Shown here: positions 21,468 through 33,768 of the stretch, in pieces
Position numbering within the stretch: the stretch's first letter is position 1
How the letters are laid out: each line of letters begins with the position of its first letter
Origin: Phycisphaerae bacterium
Lineage (GTDB): Bacteria > Planctomycetota > Phycisphaerae > UBA1845 > Fen-1342
Assembly: GCA_963666925.2 (NCBI GenBank)
Contig: CAXXTC010000007.1
Span: 352,001 to 416,000 of the forward strand
Reading direction: 5' to 3'
Length of the DNA stretch: 64,000 nt
The notes under the pieces: generated by a model
Seen by the model: the letters and a program-made list of their open reading frames with translations, nothing else
Told to the model about the DNA's origin: nothing
Database searches by the model: none
Program-made: the position numbers and the translations under genes

Positions 21468-21504
21468 ACGGCGGTGCGCTCCGTTGTTGCTCGCTCGGCC
21501 GGCG

Positions 21505-23568
<2,064 letters not shown>

Positions 23569-23786
23569 TTGAGGCCTCCATGCGTATGCCGGCCCAGTGG
23601 CGTGCACCGGCTGCAAACGTGCCGGGCTTCTGGCGGGTTGCCGATTCGTTCACGGAATCGGCCGCCGGGTTGCGACCGGTAGCCTGCGCGGATTGCCGGG
23701 CAGCGTACCGGCGGACGTTGATTCGGGCGGCACTAACGCAGTCCCATACAATATCGGTCGCCCGCGTGCGTCTCTTTCGGTTCATT

Positions 23787-24260
23787 TCATGGTACGTTCT
23801 GGTCGGCGGTTGGTTCCTCGGCCAGTTCGTCGGGTGATGTTTCGGCGGTTCCGACGGAGCTGCTGCCGCAGGCCGGGCAGACGAGCTCGACGCCGGTGGC
23901 GTGGGGGATGAAATGCTCGCCACAGACTCGGCAGACCCAGACTTTTCGGCAGGAGCGCTCCCGGCATTTTGGGCAGGTGATGGGGAATGGTGTCCCTGGA
24001 GCGACCCTGACGACGTCCTCGTAGCCGCAGACGGTGCACTGGACGAGGACTGGGTATTTTCCGCCGACGTCCACCTCTTGGTGGGGCTTGAGGATCAGGT
24101 AGAGCACGATGGCGCCGAGGATCAGGACCAAGCCGGCGACGGCGGTGGCGATGCGTTTGCGGCGTTGGGCGCGGGCGTAGGCACCGACCATGATGTCGCC
24201 GCGGCGACGGGCAGCGCTGCTCAGTTTGGAGATGTCAAATGATGAGCGTGAGTTTCGCAC
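23787..24260 (-). CDS. Membrane-anchored protein with four CxxC pairs
   Basis: TM segment followed by CTVC, CPKC, CRVC, CPAC. Confidence 0.7.
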   Translation of the reverse strand: MRNSRSSFDISKLSSAARRRGDIMVGAYARAQRRKRIATAVAGLVLILGAIVLYLILKPHQEVDVGGKYPVLVQCTVCGYEDVVRVAPGTPFPITCPKCRERSCRKVWVCRVCGEHFIPHATGVELVCPACGSSSVGTAETSPDELAEEPTADQNVP

Positions 24261-24405
24261 GGGGCGCCTTCCGGGGGGTTCCGGTCATCGCCCTGATTAT
24301 ATCGACCAGGTGGCGGCTGGTCGCGTTCGGGGCGTTGGCACGGCTGTCTGGGGTGGCCTATGATGACGTGGCGGGGTGATGGCTGGTTGATTCGGGAGTG
24401 TCAAT

Positions 24406-24885
24406 ATGCGAGCACGGGTAGGTATCGGGTACGATTTGCACCGATTTGCGCCGGGGCGTGCGTTGAAGCTGGGCGGTGTGGAGATCGAGCACACGGAGGG
24501 GCTGCTGGGGCATAGCGACGCCGATGCGGTGCTGCACGCCCTGTGTGACGCTCTGCTGGGGGCGGCTGGCATCGGCGATATCGGGGAGTTGTATCCGGAT
24601 ACGGAGGCGGCCTGGAAAGATGCCGACAGTCGACAGTTTGTTATTGATGTTATGAAACGCGTGCGGGTGGCGGGGTTGCAGGTGTGCAACGCTGATTTGG
24701 TGGTGCACGCGGATCGGCCTCGGCTCGGCCCGCACAAGCTGCGCATGCGGGAGAGCGTGGCGGGTTTGCTGGGCATTGATATTGAGTGCGTGACGATCAA
24801 GGCGACCAGCAATGAGGGTTTGGACGCGATCGGGCGGGGCGAGGCGCTGGCGTGCTGGGTGGCGGTGTTGTTGGAGTCGGCGTAG
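24406..24885 (+). CDS. ispF: 2-C-methyl-D-erythritol 2,4-cyclodiphosphate synthase
   Basis: GIGYDLH, GHSDADAVLHALCDALLGAAG.GDIG, KATSNEGL. Confidence 0.97.
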   Translation: MRARVGIGYDLHRFAPGRALKLGGVEIEHTEGLLGHSDADAVLHALCDALLGAAGIGDIGELYPDTEAAWKDADSRQFVIDVMKRVRVAGLQVCNADLVVHADRPRLGPHKLRMRESVAGLLGIDIECVTIKATSNEGLDAIGRGEALACWVAVLLESA

Positions 24886-24960
24886 GGGGCGTGCGTGGAC
24901 CGCTGGTCGGGGTGGCGGTAGCATTCGCGTTTTCGAGGTGGTCGCCGGCGCGGGCGGCAC

Positions 24961-26097
24961 GTGCCGTTGGGATTTCGTAGTGAGAATGTAGTGACGTTGC
25001 TTGGCTGGTCGGTCCTGGAAGCGGTTACCCGGAATTGGGCGCTGGTTGGTATTGCGCTGACCATTATCACGCTGCTGGTCGTGCCGGCGTTGATCATACT
25101 GAAATACGTCCGCATTTCTCTGAATATCATGCGTACGACGAAGCCTCCGCTGGCGCGTGGGCCGCTGGATTATGATCGGCTGGATGGCCATCCAGTGAGC
25201 TTTCCATCGTTTGACGGACTGCCGCTGCAAGGGATGATCATACCGGCCGCCGGCAGCGGTCAGCGACGGGGGTTGATCATCTTCTCGCACGAGTTCTGTG
25301 CGGATATGCACACTTGTGCGCGTTACTGTCGGCCGCTGCGCGAGGCGGGCTACGATATTCTCACGTTTGATTTTCGGGGTCATGGCGAATCGACGGCCGG
25401 CCCGGGGTATACGCCGCGGCAGTGGGTTACGGATCGCGATCTGGACGACATGCGTGGTGCGGTGGCGTTTGCGGCTACGTGGCTGGAGGCGCAGGGTGCG
25501 CCGGCGGAAGTGGGGGCGTTCGGGATATCGCGCGGTGCCTGTGCGGCGATACTCGTTGGCGAAGAGGATCCGCGCATCAAGGCGATCGTGGCCGACGGGG
25601 CGTTCAGCACGGACACGACGATCGAATACTTCATGAAGCGCTGGGCGTACATCTTTGCCCGCGTGCGGATTGTGTACGAGAACCATCCGCCGGTGTTTTG
25701 GCGTTTTCTGCGGTGGTCGATGATGCACTTTGCCCGGCGGGAGTTTCGTTGCCGGTTTCCGTCGGTGCGCAAGGCGATTCGTCGCATGACGCCGCGGCCG
25801 ATGTTGTTCATCCACGGCGAGAAGGATTCGTATCTGCCGGTCGAGCAGAGTCGTCGGCTGTATGCGCTCGCCGGGCAGCCGAAGCTGCTGTGGGTGGCGC
25901 CGGGAGCTCGGCACAATCAGGCGGTTGTGCATCATCCGGCGACGTATGCCCGGCTGACGACGGCGTTCTTTGATCGGCACCTGGCGCGGGTGGCGCCCGG
26001 GTCGCCCGAGCAGCCGCTGGAGCGGGTCACGCGGATGCGGCTGGAGAGTCCGACGCAGGCGGCGCCTCAGGCGGTGCGCGTGACGTCACCGAACTGA
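24961..26097 (+). CDS. Membrane-anchored alpha/beta hydrolase (start uncertain)
   Basis: N-terminal TM, FDFRGHGES, GISRG nucleophile, IHGEKD, GARH. Confidence 0.85.
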   Translation: MPLGFRSENVVTLLGWSVLEAVTRNWALVGIALTIITLLVVPALIILKYVRISLNIMRTTKPPLARGPLDYDRLDGHPVSFPSFDGLPLQGMIIPAAGSGQRRGLIIFSHEFCADMHTCARYCRPLREAGYDILTFDFRGHGESTAGPGYTPRQWVTDRDLDDMRGAVAFAATWLEAQGAPAEVGAFGISRGACAAILVGEEDPRIKAIVADGAFSTDTTIEYFMKRWAYIFARVRIVYENHPPVFWRFLRWSMMHFARREFRCRFPSVRKAIRRMTPRPMLFIHGEKDSYLPVEQSRRLYALAGQPKLLWVAPGARHNQAVVHHPATYARLTTAFFDRHLARVAPGSPEQPLERVTRMRLESPTQAAPQAVRVTSPN

Positions 26098-26118
26098 GCC
26101 GCACCGGCCAGGTAGCTC

Positions 26119-27774
26119 ATGGCCACTTTCCTGGAACATCTGGCGGCCCGCGTGGCGTATCAGCACGCGCAACGCGTCTATCGACGCTTTGTGGCGACGC
26201 TGGGGGACTTGGCGGGCAGTGAGCAACGGGCATTGCGGCGGGCGCTGAGCGTGGTGCGCGGCAGCGAGTTGGCTCGCCGACATGGGCTGGACCGCGTGCG
26301 CAGCATCGTCGACCTGCGCCGGGCGCTGCCATTGATGACGTATGACGATTATCGGCCGATCATCGACCGCGTGTGTGACGGCGCGGTTGGGGAGCTGTTT
26401 TCACGCGGTACCCGGCTGCACATGTTCGCGACCTCGAGCGGAACCACCGCGGCGCCCAAGCGTGTGCCCGTGACGGGCGCGTTTGTCGAGGACTATCGCC
26501 GGGGGTGGAACACGTTCGGGCTGAAAATGCTGAGCGATCATCCGGAGGCGGTGCTGCGGGCGATTCTGCAATCGTCGGGGCGCCATGATGTTGACCGGAC
26601 ACCCGCTGGCGTGCCCTGCGGCGCGATTACCGGACTGCTAGCACGGACGCAGAAGCGAATCGTGCGGCGGTTCTATGTAGGCAGGCCGGAGATCGCGCAT
26701 ATTGATGATCCGAGCGGGCGGTATTACGCGTTGATGCGGCTGGGCGTGCAGCGCGACGTGGCCTTTGCCGTGACGGCCAACCCGGCCACGCTGATCCAGA
26801 TGGCTCGCACGGCCGACGAGCAGAGCGAGACGCTGATACGGGATGTGCGTGATGGCACGCTGACGCCGACGATGGTGCCCGAGCAGTACGTGCGGCAGGT
26901 GCTCAGTGCAAAATTGCGACCCGACCCGGCCCGGGCGGCGGAGCTAGAGCGATTGCGGGCCGAGCACGGGCAGCTTCGCCCGCGGGACTATTGGAGCATC
27001 GCGTTCGTGGCGTGTTGGATCGGCGGCAGCTTGGGGCATTATCTGCAACGTTTGCGGCAGTGGTGGGGTGAGGTGCCGGTGCGGGACGTCGGCCTGCTGG
27101 CGAGCGAGGGGCGTGTCAGTATTCCGCTGGAGGATAACACGCCGGTGGGGGTGCTGGACGTGACCAGCGGGGTGTTCGAGTTCATACCGGCGGATCAGGA
27201 GCAGCAGGCGCAACCCGAGACACTGGGGCCGGCGGAGGTGGTCGCGGGCGGCGAATATGTCGTTGTGCTGAGCAACACCAGCGGGCTGCTGCGTTATCGG
27301 CTGGGGGACGTGGTGCGGGTGCACGGGCGACTGGGGGCGACGCCGCTGGTGGAGTTTCTGCATCGGGCGGGGCGGGTGGCCTCGGTGGCGGGCGAGAAGC
27401 TGACCGAGCATCAGGTGACCAGCGCGGTTCAGATGGCGTGCGAGGAGTTGGGGATCGCGGAATGTGATTTCATTATTGCGCCACGCTGGGACGACCCGCC
27501 GCACTATGTGCTGCGTTGTACCGCGGCTCAGGAGACGCTCGCGCCGGCGGTTGATGGTGCGCTGTGCCGACAGAACGAGGAGTACGCGTCGCGGCGTCGC
27601 TCGCAACGGTTGGGCCCGCTGGTAAGCGTGAAGCTGGCGCCGGTGGAGCTGGCGGCGTGGGATCGGCGGCTGCGTGAGACGCGGCGCGGGGCGGCTGAGC
27701 AATTCAAGCGGCCCTGCCTGCTGACGACGCCCGAGGAGCATGAGCTGCATTTCCCGGAGGCGGGTGGTTCGTGA
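26119..27774 (+). CDS. GH3 family acyl-adenylating enzyme
   Basis: LPLMTYDDY, ATSSGTT..PK, ASEG, GLLRYRLGDVV, GEKL. Confidence 0.9.
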   Translation: MATFLEHLAARVAYQHAQRVYRRFVATLGDLAGSEQRALRRALSVVRGSELARRHGLDRVRSIVDLRRALPLMTYDDYRPIIDRVCDGAVGELFSRGTRLHMFATSSGTTAAPKRVPVTGAFVEDYRRGWNTFGLKMLSDHPEAVLRAILQSSGRHDVDRTPAGVPCGAITGLLARTQKRIVRRFYVGRPEIAHIDDPSGRYYALMRLGVQRDVAFAVTANPATLIQMARTADEQSETLIRDVRDGTLTPTMVPEQYVRQVLSAKLRPDPARAAELERLRAEHGQLRPRDYWSIAFVACWIGGSLGHYLQRLRQWWGEVPVRDVGLLASEGRVSIPLEDNTPVGVLDVTSGVFEFIPADQEQQAQPETLGPAEVVAGGEYVVVLSNTSGLLRYRLGDVVRVHGRLGATPLVEFLHRAGRVASVAGEKLTEHQVTSAVQMACEELGIAECDFIIAPRWDDPPHYVLRCTAAQETLAPAVDGALCRQNEEYASRRRSQRLGPLVSVKLAPVELAAWDRRLRETRRGAAEQFKRPCLLTTPEEHELHFPEAGGS

Positions 27775-27790
27775 GAGTAGGGGGGCGGCG

Positions 27791-27819
27791 TTGACACGAT
27801 CCGTAGCGGGGCGGACACT
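27791..27819 (+). promoter_or_regulatory. Sigma70-type promoter; probable leaderless cls transcript
   Basis: TTGACA-N17-GACACT, with the ATG 6 nt downstream and no SD. Confidence 0.55.
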
Positions 27820-27825
27820 GGCATC

Positions 27826-29274
27826 ATGACGCGGGTCTGGTTGTACGCACTGGCCGTGCACGTATTGCTCGCGCTGGTCCTGGTAGTGCGGGTACTACGC
27901 CGGCGGCGTGAGCCGGTGGCGATGGTGGCGTGGATATTCGCCATCGTGACGCTGCCGGGTGTGGGGGCGTTCTGTTACTGGATGCTGGCGTCGAATCGTC
28001 TGCGGCGCAAGGTGAAGCGGCGTCAGCGGCGTGTGGCGGCGTTATTGGGTCAGCTTCAGGATCGCGGGCAGCGCTGCGAGCAGGCGCTGGCTGGCGGTGG
28101 GGCGGGCGAGCTTGCGTCCGATTTGCAGGCGATTGAGCAGTTGGCCTGTCGGCTGGGTGATATGCCCGCGATCGGGGGCAACCGCGTGTGTCTGCTGACG
28201 GAGGCGAACGCGACCTACGCTGCCCTGGAGCAGGCTCTGCGCGACGCGCGTGAGCACATCAACCTGGAGTACTACGTCTGGCGTGATGACGAGACGGGGC
28301 GGGCGTTTGGGGATCTGCTGTGCGAGAAGGCGGCGGAGGGCGTCGAGTGCCGGCTGTTGCTGGACGCGGTCGGGTGCTGGCAACTGGGGCGCGGGTTTAT
28401 CCGCCGGCTGGTTGATGCGGGCGTGCGCGTGGCGTTTTTCCTGCCGATTCACCCGTTTCGGCTACGCAAACGCTGGAGCGTGCACCTGCGGAACCACCGC
28501 AAGATTGCGGTAGTGGACGGGGTGACCGCGCTGGTTGGGAGCCAGAACATCGGGGACGAGTACCGGGGGCGCAAGAAGCGGCTCAGTCCGTGGTTCGATA
28601 CGCACATGCGCATCGATGGGCCGGCGGCGCTGTTTCTGCAACAGGTGTTTGCAGAGGATTGGTACCTGGCGGCACGCGAGCGGCTGGATCAGGGTGCTTA
28701 TTTCCCGGCGCCACAGTCGCGTGGTGAATCAGTGGTGCAGGTGCTGCCGAGCGGGCCGGACATGGGCGTCAATGCGCTGGGGCAGGTGTTGTTTGCGGCC
28801 GTGTCGGCGGCGCGCGAGTCGGTACGCATGGCCACGCCTTATTTTGTGCCGGACGCGGCGTTGCGTTGGGCGCTGACTTATGCGTGTTATCGGGGCGTGC
28901 GTGTGCGTCTGGTACTGCCGACGCGGAGCGATTCGCAACTGGCGCTGTTGGCGGCGCGGAGTTTTTATCCGGAGCTGCTCAATGCGGGAGTTGAGATCCA
29001 CGAATACGACGCGGGCGTGCTGCACTCGAAGCTGGTGACAGTGGATGAGCGTTGGGGCATGCTGGGGTCGGCGAACATGGATGCGCGCAGCTTTCGGCTG
29101 AACTTTGAGATTACGGCACTGATCTATGACCCCGGGGTGGTGGGGGAGATGGTCCGATATATCGACAAGTATTGCGAGCAGGCTCGGCGGGTGTCGCAGC
29201 GGGAAGTGTGGCAGCGGGGGATGGTGCGACAGGTGGGTGAGGGGGCGGCCCGGCTGTTTGCTCCGTTGCTGTAA
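27826..29274 (+). CDS. cls: Cardiolipin synthase
   Basis: Two N-terminal TMs; two HKD motifs (RNHRKIAVVD, LHSKLVTVD); GSANMDARSF.LNFE. Confidence 0.93.
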   Translation: MTRVWLYALAVHVLLALVLVVRVLRRRREPVAMVAWIFAIVTLPGVGAFCYWMLASNRLRRKVKRRQRRVAALLGQLQDRGQRCEQALAGGGAGELASDLQAIEQLACRLGDMPAIGGNRVCLLTEANATYAALEQALRDAREHINLEYYVWRDDETGRAFGDLLCEKAAEGVECRLLLDAVGCWQLGRGFIRRLVDAGVRVAFFLPIHPFRLRKRWSVHLRNHRKIAVVDGVTALVGSQNIGDEYRGRKKRLSPWFDTHMRIDGPAALFLQQVFAEDWYLAARERLDQGAYFPAPQSRGESVVQVLPSGPDMGVNALGQVLFAAVSAARESVRMATPYFVPDAALRWALTYACYRGVRVRLVLPTRSDSQLALLAARSFYPELLNAGVEIHEYDAGVLHSKLVTVDERWGMLGSANMDARSFRLNFEITALIYDPGVVGEMVRYIDKYCEQARRVSQREVWQRGMVRQVGEGAARLFAPLL

Positions 29275-29277
29275 AAG

Positions 29278-29322
29278 AACGCCAGCCGCCCTCCGGCAGA
29301 TAACCGAGGGGCGGCTGGCGTT
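29278..29322. terminator. Hairpin between convergent cls and flagellin genes
   Basis: aacgccagccgcc...ggcggctggcgtt inverted repeat. Confidence 0.7.
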
Positions 29323-29357
29323 AGTTCCGTAGGCTTCGGAGGCGAGCGAGCGCGTGT

Positions 29358-30791
29358 TTAGCCGATGAGGGCCAGGACGTTTTGTGGCTGTGCGTTGGCC
29401 AGTTGCAGCACGTTGGTGGCGGACTGGACCAGGATCTGTGCCCGGGTCAGGCTGCTCGTCTCTTCGGCGAAGTCGGTGTCTCGCAGGATGCTCTCGGCGC
29501 TGGCCACGTTCTCGTACTGTATAGCAAGTGAGTTGGCGTTGGTCTCGAGGGTGTTCTTCTGGAACGACCCGAGCCGGCCGCGGAGCGTGGCGATCTGGGA
29601 GAGCGCGTTTCGGACGATGTTCTGGGCGCTGTTGAAATCGCCGGTGGCCATGTCGTAGTCTTCGCCGGATCCGATCTGGTACAGGTATCCGGTGTTTCCG
29701 TCGCCGAGCGATGAGGTGCTCACCGAGTCGATGCCGATGGATGCGAGGCCGTTGAGGTCGAGCTTCGGCGCGATGGCGAAGTCGGCTCCGCCGCCGGTGA
29801 TGCCGAAGCGTGAGGTGCCGCCGGCGGCGCTGGCGCCGAAGGCGGTTGCGAGTGTGATAGTGGCGTCGAGAGTGGATGTGCGGACGTTGAGCTTGAGGCC
29901 GTCGGCGGTAACGGACTGGCCGTTGACGGTTGCGACAGCGTCTTCGCCTTCGTCGTAGAACTCGGGGGAGCTGCCGCCGCCGACCATGGTCCACTGGGTG
30001 GCGGTGTCGTCGAGGATCTTGACCTTGACGTACTCGTCGGATCCGTAGTTTACGCTACGGATGACGATACCGACGCCAGCCTGTGAGGCCTCAATACCGG
30101 TGAGGTCTGAGGACTGGTTGATGGCGGTGATGATATCTGCGGAGGCGGTGGACGCGAAGGTCAGGCGTTCGGTACCGAGCTTGCCGCTGATTTCGATCGT
30201 TACCGGGTCGGCGGTGATGCTGCCGCCGGTGAAGCTCAGGGTTGCCTGAGAGGCCGCACTGGTAATATCGACGGCCACCGTTCGGCTGCCGCCGTCGGGT
30301 ACGCGTGCGGTATTAAGCTGAAGATGTGCGATATTGTCGGCGGAGACTCCGGAGGTCGTGTAGGCCAGGTCTCCGGCGAGGAGCTTACGGCCCTGGAGCT
30401 CGGTGGAGTTTGCGATTCGGTTGATCGAGTTCAGGATGAGGTCGATTTCCTGCTGATTGGCATCGCGTTCCTCATCACTGATGCCGGCCTCGTTGGCCGA
30501 GCGATCGACCAGGTCCTCAAGATCGTTGAGGAGTGTGTTGATTTCGGACAGTCCGGATTCGGCGACCGAAATGACGTTGATAGCGCGGGAGACGTTGGTC
30601 TGCGCGGCCTGGATGGCGCTCATCTCGGCCCGCATGGTCTCCGACGCGATCAGTCCTGACGGGTCGTCCTTTCCGCTGTTGATCCGCAGGCCGGTGCTCA
30701 ACCGCTCGAGCGAGAGGTTCAGCTGAGCATTCTGCTTCGTCAGAATGCGCTGCGCCGTGATGGACGAGATGTTCGTGTTGATGCGACTCAT
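29358..30791 (-). CDS. fliC: Flagellin
   Basis: MSRINTN, LERLSTGLRINSGKDDPSGL; C-terminal RDTDFAEE...QPQNVLAL. Confidence 0.96.
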   Translation of the reverse strand: MSRINTNISSITAQRILTKQNAQLNLSLERLSTGLRINSGKDDPSGLIASETMRAEMSAIQAAQTNVSRAINVISVAESGLSEINTLLNDLEDLVDRSANEAGISDEERDANQQEIDLILNSINRIANSTELQGRKLLAGDLAYTTSGVSADNIAHLQLNTARVPDGGSRTVAVDITSAASQATLSFTGGSITADPVTIEISGKLGTERLTFASTASADIITAINQSSDLTGIEASQAGVGIVIRSVNYGSDEYVKVKILDDTATQWTMVGGGSSPEFYDEGEDAVATVNGQSVTADGLKLNVRTSTLDATITLATAFGASAAGGTSRFGITGGGADFAIAPKLDLNGLASIGIDSVSTSSLGDGNTGYLYQIGSGEDYDMATGDFNSAQNIVRNALSQIATLRGRLGSFQKNTLETNANSLAIQYENVASAESILRDTDFAEETSSLTRAQILVQSATNVLQLANAQPQNVLALIG

Positions 30792-30925
30792 TGCTCTGCG
30801 CCTCCAAGGGCGGCAAACCCGCGGTTAGTTTAGGTCCGCGATGGGTACAGCCGCAGCCTACTACGTAAACGGACTTCCGCGGCGGTTCCTGTGACCACCG
30901 TGTTAATCCACGCGTCACAATGGGG

Positions 30926-30953
30926 GGATCGACTTGAGTCCGGTGGGGCTTTA
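30926..30953 (-). promoter_or_regulatory. Putative sigma28/sigmaD promoter of the downstream flagellin
   Basis: Minus strand TAAA-N16-GTCGATCC. Confidence 0.55.
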
Positions 30954-31093
30954 ATTAACACAGTATGGGTGTGGGGTAAGCGAGGTGAATAGAAGTGGGG
31001 TGGTGGCGTGGTTGGGGTGGTGGTGTGGCGGAGATCGTCCGGGCCGGGAGATTATGAGACTCCCGGCCCGGTCGAAATCCGGGTTGTGAGCGA

Positions 31094-32536
31094 TTATCCG
31101 CCCAGCAAAGCCAGTACGGATTGTGTGGTTTGGTTCGCCAGCGTGAGGATTGTAGTGCCGGCGTTGACCAGGACCTGGTCGCGGGCCAGGTTGGAGGTTT
31201 CCTCCGCGAAGTCAGCGTCACGAATGGCGGACTGGGCCGCGGTTAGGTTTTCCTTGGTGATACCGAGCTGATTCATATTGGTATCGAGCGTGTTGCGTTC
31301 GAATGAGCCGAGTCGTCCGCGCAGCATCGAGATCTGATCGATGGCGGCCTGGACGATCTTGGATGCGTCGTTGTAACGCGTGTCCTCCGCCGTCAGCGAG
31401 AATTCGCCGCCGGTCTTGATCTGTGCCAGTGTACCGACCTCGGCTTCACCGAGTTGTGTGGCGGTGACCGAGTCGATGGCCATGTTGACCTGGAGGTTGG
31501 TGTTGACGCGTGGACCGACCTGGAAGAGGGCGCCGCCGCCGGTGATATCGAAGCTGGTATTGCTGGCCCAGCCGGCTTCGAGGTTCATTTCGAGATCGAT
31601 CAGGGCGTTCTTAATTGAGAGGTGGTTGCCCTTGGCGGCCGCGGCGGCGCCGTTGATTGTAGCGTTGGCGTTGGTGCCATAATCCTCGACCGCTGCGGTC
31701 CCGGTGCCGACCGCTACCGTGTCGAACGAGCCGGTGTCACTGAGAACGCGGACTGAGACGAGTTCGCTGCTGCCGTAGGTTGAGCTGTAGAGGGTCAGTC
31801 CGGAAGCGGTGGCGGCGGCGAGTGAGGCCTCGATTCCGGTGGCGTCGGTGACGGTGTTGATGGCTTCGGCGATGTCGGCCGCGGAGGTTCCGCCGGCGAA
31901 CTGGAGGACGGTGGCGCCTTCGGGCCCGCGGACCTCGATCGTTACGTCGCTGGTGGCGGCGAGGGCGGCGTAGGGGAACTGTAGCTGGGCCTGTTCGGCA
32001 GCCGAGAGTACGGCGACGCTGACGCCGACTTCGCTGCGTGTGCCGAATTGGGTCGCGTGGACCGATAGTCCGTTGATGATGGTGTCGTCAACGTTTTCGG
32101 TCTTGTAGGCGAGGCTGCCGTCGAGGAGTTTTCGCCCGGCGAAGCTGGTGGTATTGGCGATTCGGGTGATGCTGTCGATTGCGGAGTCGATCTGCAACTG
32201 GTTGGCTTCGATCTCGTCCTCGGAAAAGGCGCCTTCGTTGGCGGCCTCGACGATCTTGGCCTGGATGTCGGTGAGGAGCGAGGCGACCTCGTCGAGGGCC
32301 CCCTCGGCGGTGGCGACGATGAGCTTGGCGCGTTGGGTGTTGCTGACGGCTTGTCCGACGGCGCTGACCTCGCTGCGCAAGCGTTCGGACACGATCAAGC
32401 CGGCCGGATCGTCCTTTCCGCGGGAGATGCGCAGGCCGGTGCTGAGGTGTTGCATGGTCGTGTTGAGCGAGTCGTACGCCTGGTTGAGGTTTCTTTGTGC
32501 GGTGAGCGCAGATACGTTCGTGTTAATACGAGCCAT
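31094..32536 (-). CDS. fliC: Flagellin
   Basis: MARINTN, LSTGLRISRGKDDPAGL; IRDADFAEE; AAGGAGG RBS. Confidence 0.96.
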   Translation of the reverse strand: MARINTNVSALTAQRNLNQAYDSLNTTMQHLSTGLRISRGKDDPAGLIVSERLRSEVSAVGQAVSNTQRAKLIVATAEGALDEVASLLTDIQAKIVEAANEGAFSEDEIEANQLQIDSAIDSITRIANTTSFAGRKLLDGSLAYKTENVDDTIINGLSVHATQFGTRSEVGVSVAVLSAAEQAQLQFPYAALAATSDVTIEVRGPEGATVLQFAGGTSAADIAEAINTVTDATGIEASLAAATASGLTLYSSTYGSSELVSVRVLSDTGSFDTVAVGTGTAAVEDYGTNANATINGAAAAAKGNHLSIKNALIDLEMNLEAGWASNTSFDITGGGALFQVGPRVNTNLQVNMAIDSVTATQLGEAEVGTLAQIKTGGEFSLTAEDTRYNDASKIVQAAIDQISMLRGRLGSFERNTLDTNMNQLGITKENLTAAQSAIRDADFAEETSNLARDQVLVNAGTTILTLANQTTQSVLALLGG

Positions 32537-32632
32537 TGGCCATCCTCCTTGAACGGTTCGTGGCTAATAGAGTGCGTTGGGAATCGTGACGGTTGAAAGG
32601 GAGTGTGGCGACACCGGTCGCCGGGGAGGGGG

Positions 32633-32881
32633 TTACTTCGGGGTGCGCGAGCGGGAGTCTCGCTTGGGTGTAGTTGCAGTCGCGAGGTCCTTGGTAGAGA
32701 CCCCGGCGGCCTTGCGGTTCTCGCGCTGAATGGCGTCGAACACTTCCTTGCGATGCACGGATATTTCGGCCGGGGCCTCGATACCCAGCCGCACCTTGTC
32801 CCCCCGGATATCGACGACCGTGACTTGCACATTGTCGCCGATGACGATTGATTCGTCGCGTTGTCTTGAAAGCACCAACAT
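32633..32881 (-). CDS. csrA: Carbon storage regulator CsrA
   Basis: MLVLSRQRDESIVIGDN...KVRLGIEAP..ISVHRKEV; AAGGAG RBS. Confidence 0.97.
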   Translation of the reverse strand: MLVLSRQRDESIVIGDNVQVTVVDIRGDKVRLGIEAPAEISVHRKEVFDAIQRENRKAAGVSTKDLATATTPKRDSRSRTPK

Positions 32882-33093
32882 ACGCGGCTCCTTCCTGGGT
32901 AATGCCGATGCGCAGCTCGACAGGAGACACCAGCGGTCGCGACTCGCTTGACGTGGTGCGAGTCGATTGACCGTCGACGGTGGCTCTGGCGCAGTGTTCG
33001 CGGGCCGGTTCCTTCTGCCGGCAAACACTCTGAACGCCCACGATCATTATAAGCCACCTTTCCTGTGTAAAGCTACTGTCCGCACGGGAGGTC

Positions 33094-33543
33094 CTAGGCC
33101 GTCTTGGAGACGGTCTGGGCCGCGTTTTGCGACATCAGGCTGTGACGGGTCCCATAGCGCTTGTCAGAGAGCACGAGCTGCTTGGCGCGCAGGGTGCTTG
33201 TTCCGACGACAATCGGCCCCAGCAGGTTCGCGGTCAGGTTTCCGCTGACCTTGTTTACGATGACGAGGACCTGGGTCTGTTCCAGGTTGGTGACCCTGAG
33301 GGCGTCGACGTCATCGCGCCGGATGGGGACCTGGTAGTCCGGCACGAAGGTCAACGGGTCGCAGACCACGAAGGCGAGGGTGGGGTCGTCCACCGATTGC
33401 AGCCAAAAGAAGGCGGGGTCTTCGTTGGTCTGGATCAGGGCGAAGCGGGTTCTTCCGGGGAATCCCAGGAGTCCCTCGACGAACACCATGATCTTGTCAT
33501 CAGCCACTTCGATCGGTCCGAATCTGGTCGTTTCAATGAGCAT
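33094..33543 (-). CDS. fliW: Flagellar assembly factor FliW
   Basis: MLIETTRFG, GLLGF, WLQS, TANLLGPIV, AKQLVL. Confidence 0.95.
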   Translation of the reverse strand: MLIETTRFGPIEVADDKIMVFVEGLLGFPGRTRFALIQTNEDPAFFWLQSVDDPTLAFVVCDPLTFVPDYQVPIRRDDVDALRVTNLEQTQVLVIVNKVSGNLTANLLGPIVVGTSTLRAKQLVLSDKRYGTRHSLMSQNAAQTVSKTA

Positions 33544-33768
33544 ATCCTTGCTCCTGTGACTCGGGCCCTGGTGGTTCGTCTGGCGAGCGGTCGGCCGTAC
33601 TGGGCCGCTATCCAATCTCCCGTTCGCCGGACCGGACGCTCCTACTGCCCGACCCGCGCTCCGCGGGCCAACCATGGCTGCTGCCGGCCGAGTCACCAGC
33701 ACCGGTTGCAGCCTGCGCGCTACCCGTCCTGTTCAGTTGTCTGCCGGTTCCACCGGCGCCGGCCCCTG

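Noticed and set aside
33046..33071. Sigma70 promoter upstream of csrA (TTTACA...TATAAT)
   Set aside because: The spacer is only 14 nt; the -10 may be real but I cannot support the pair.
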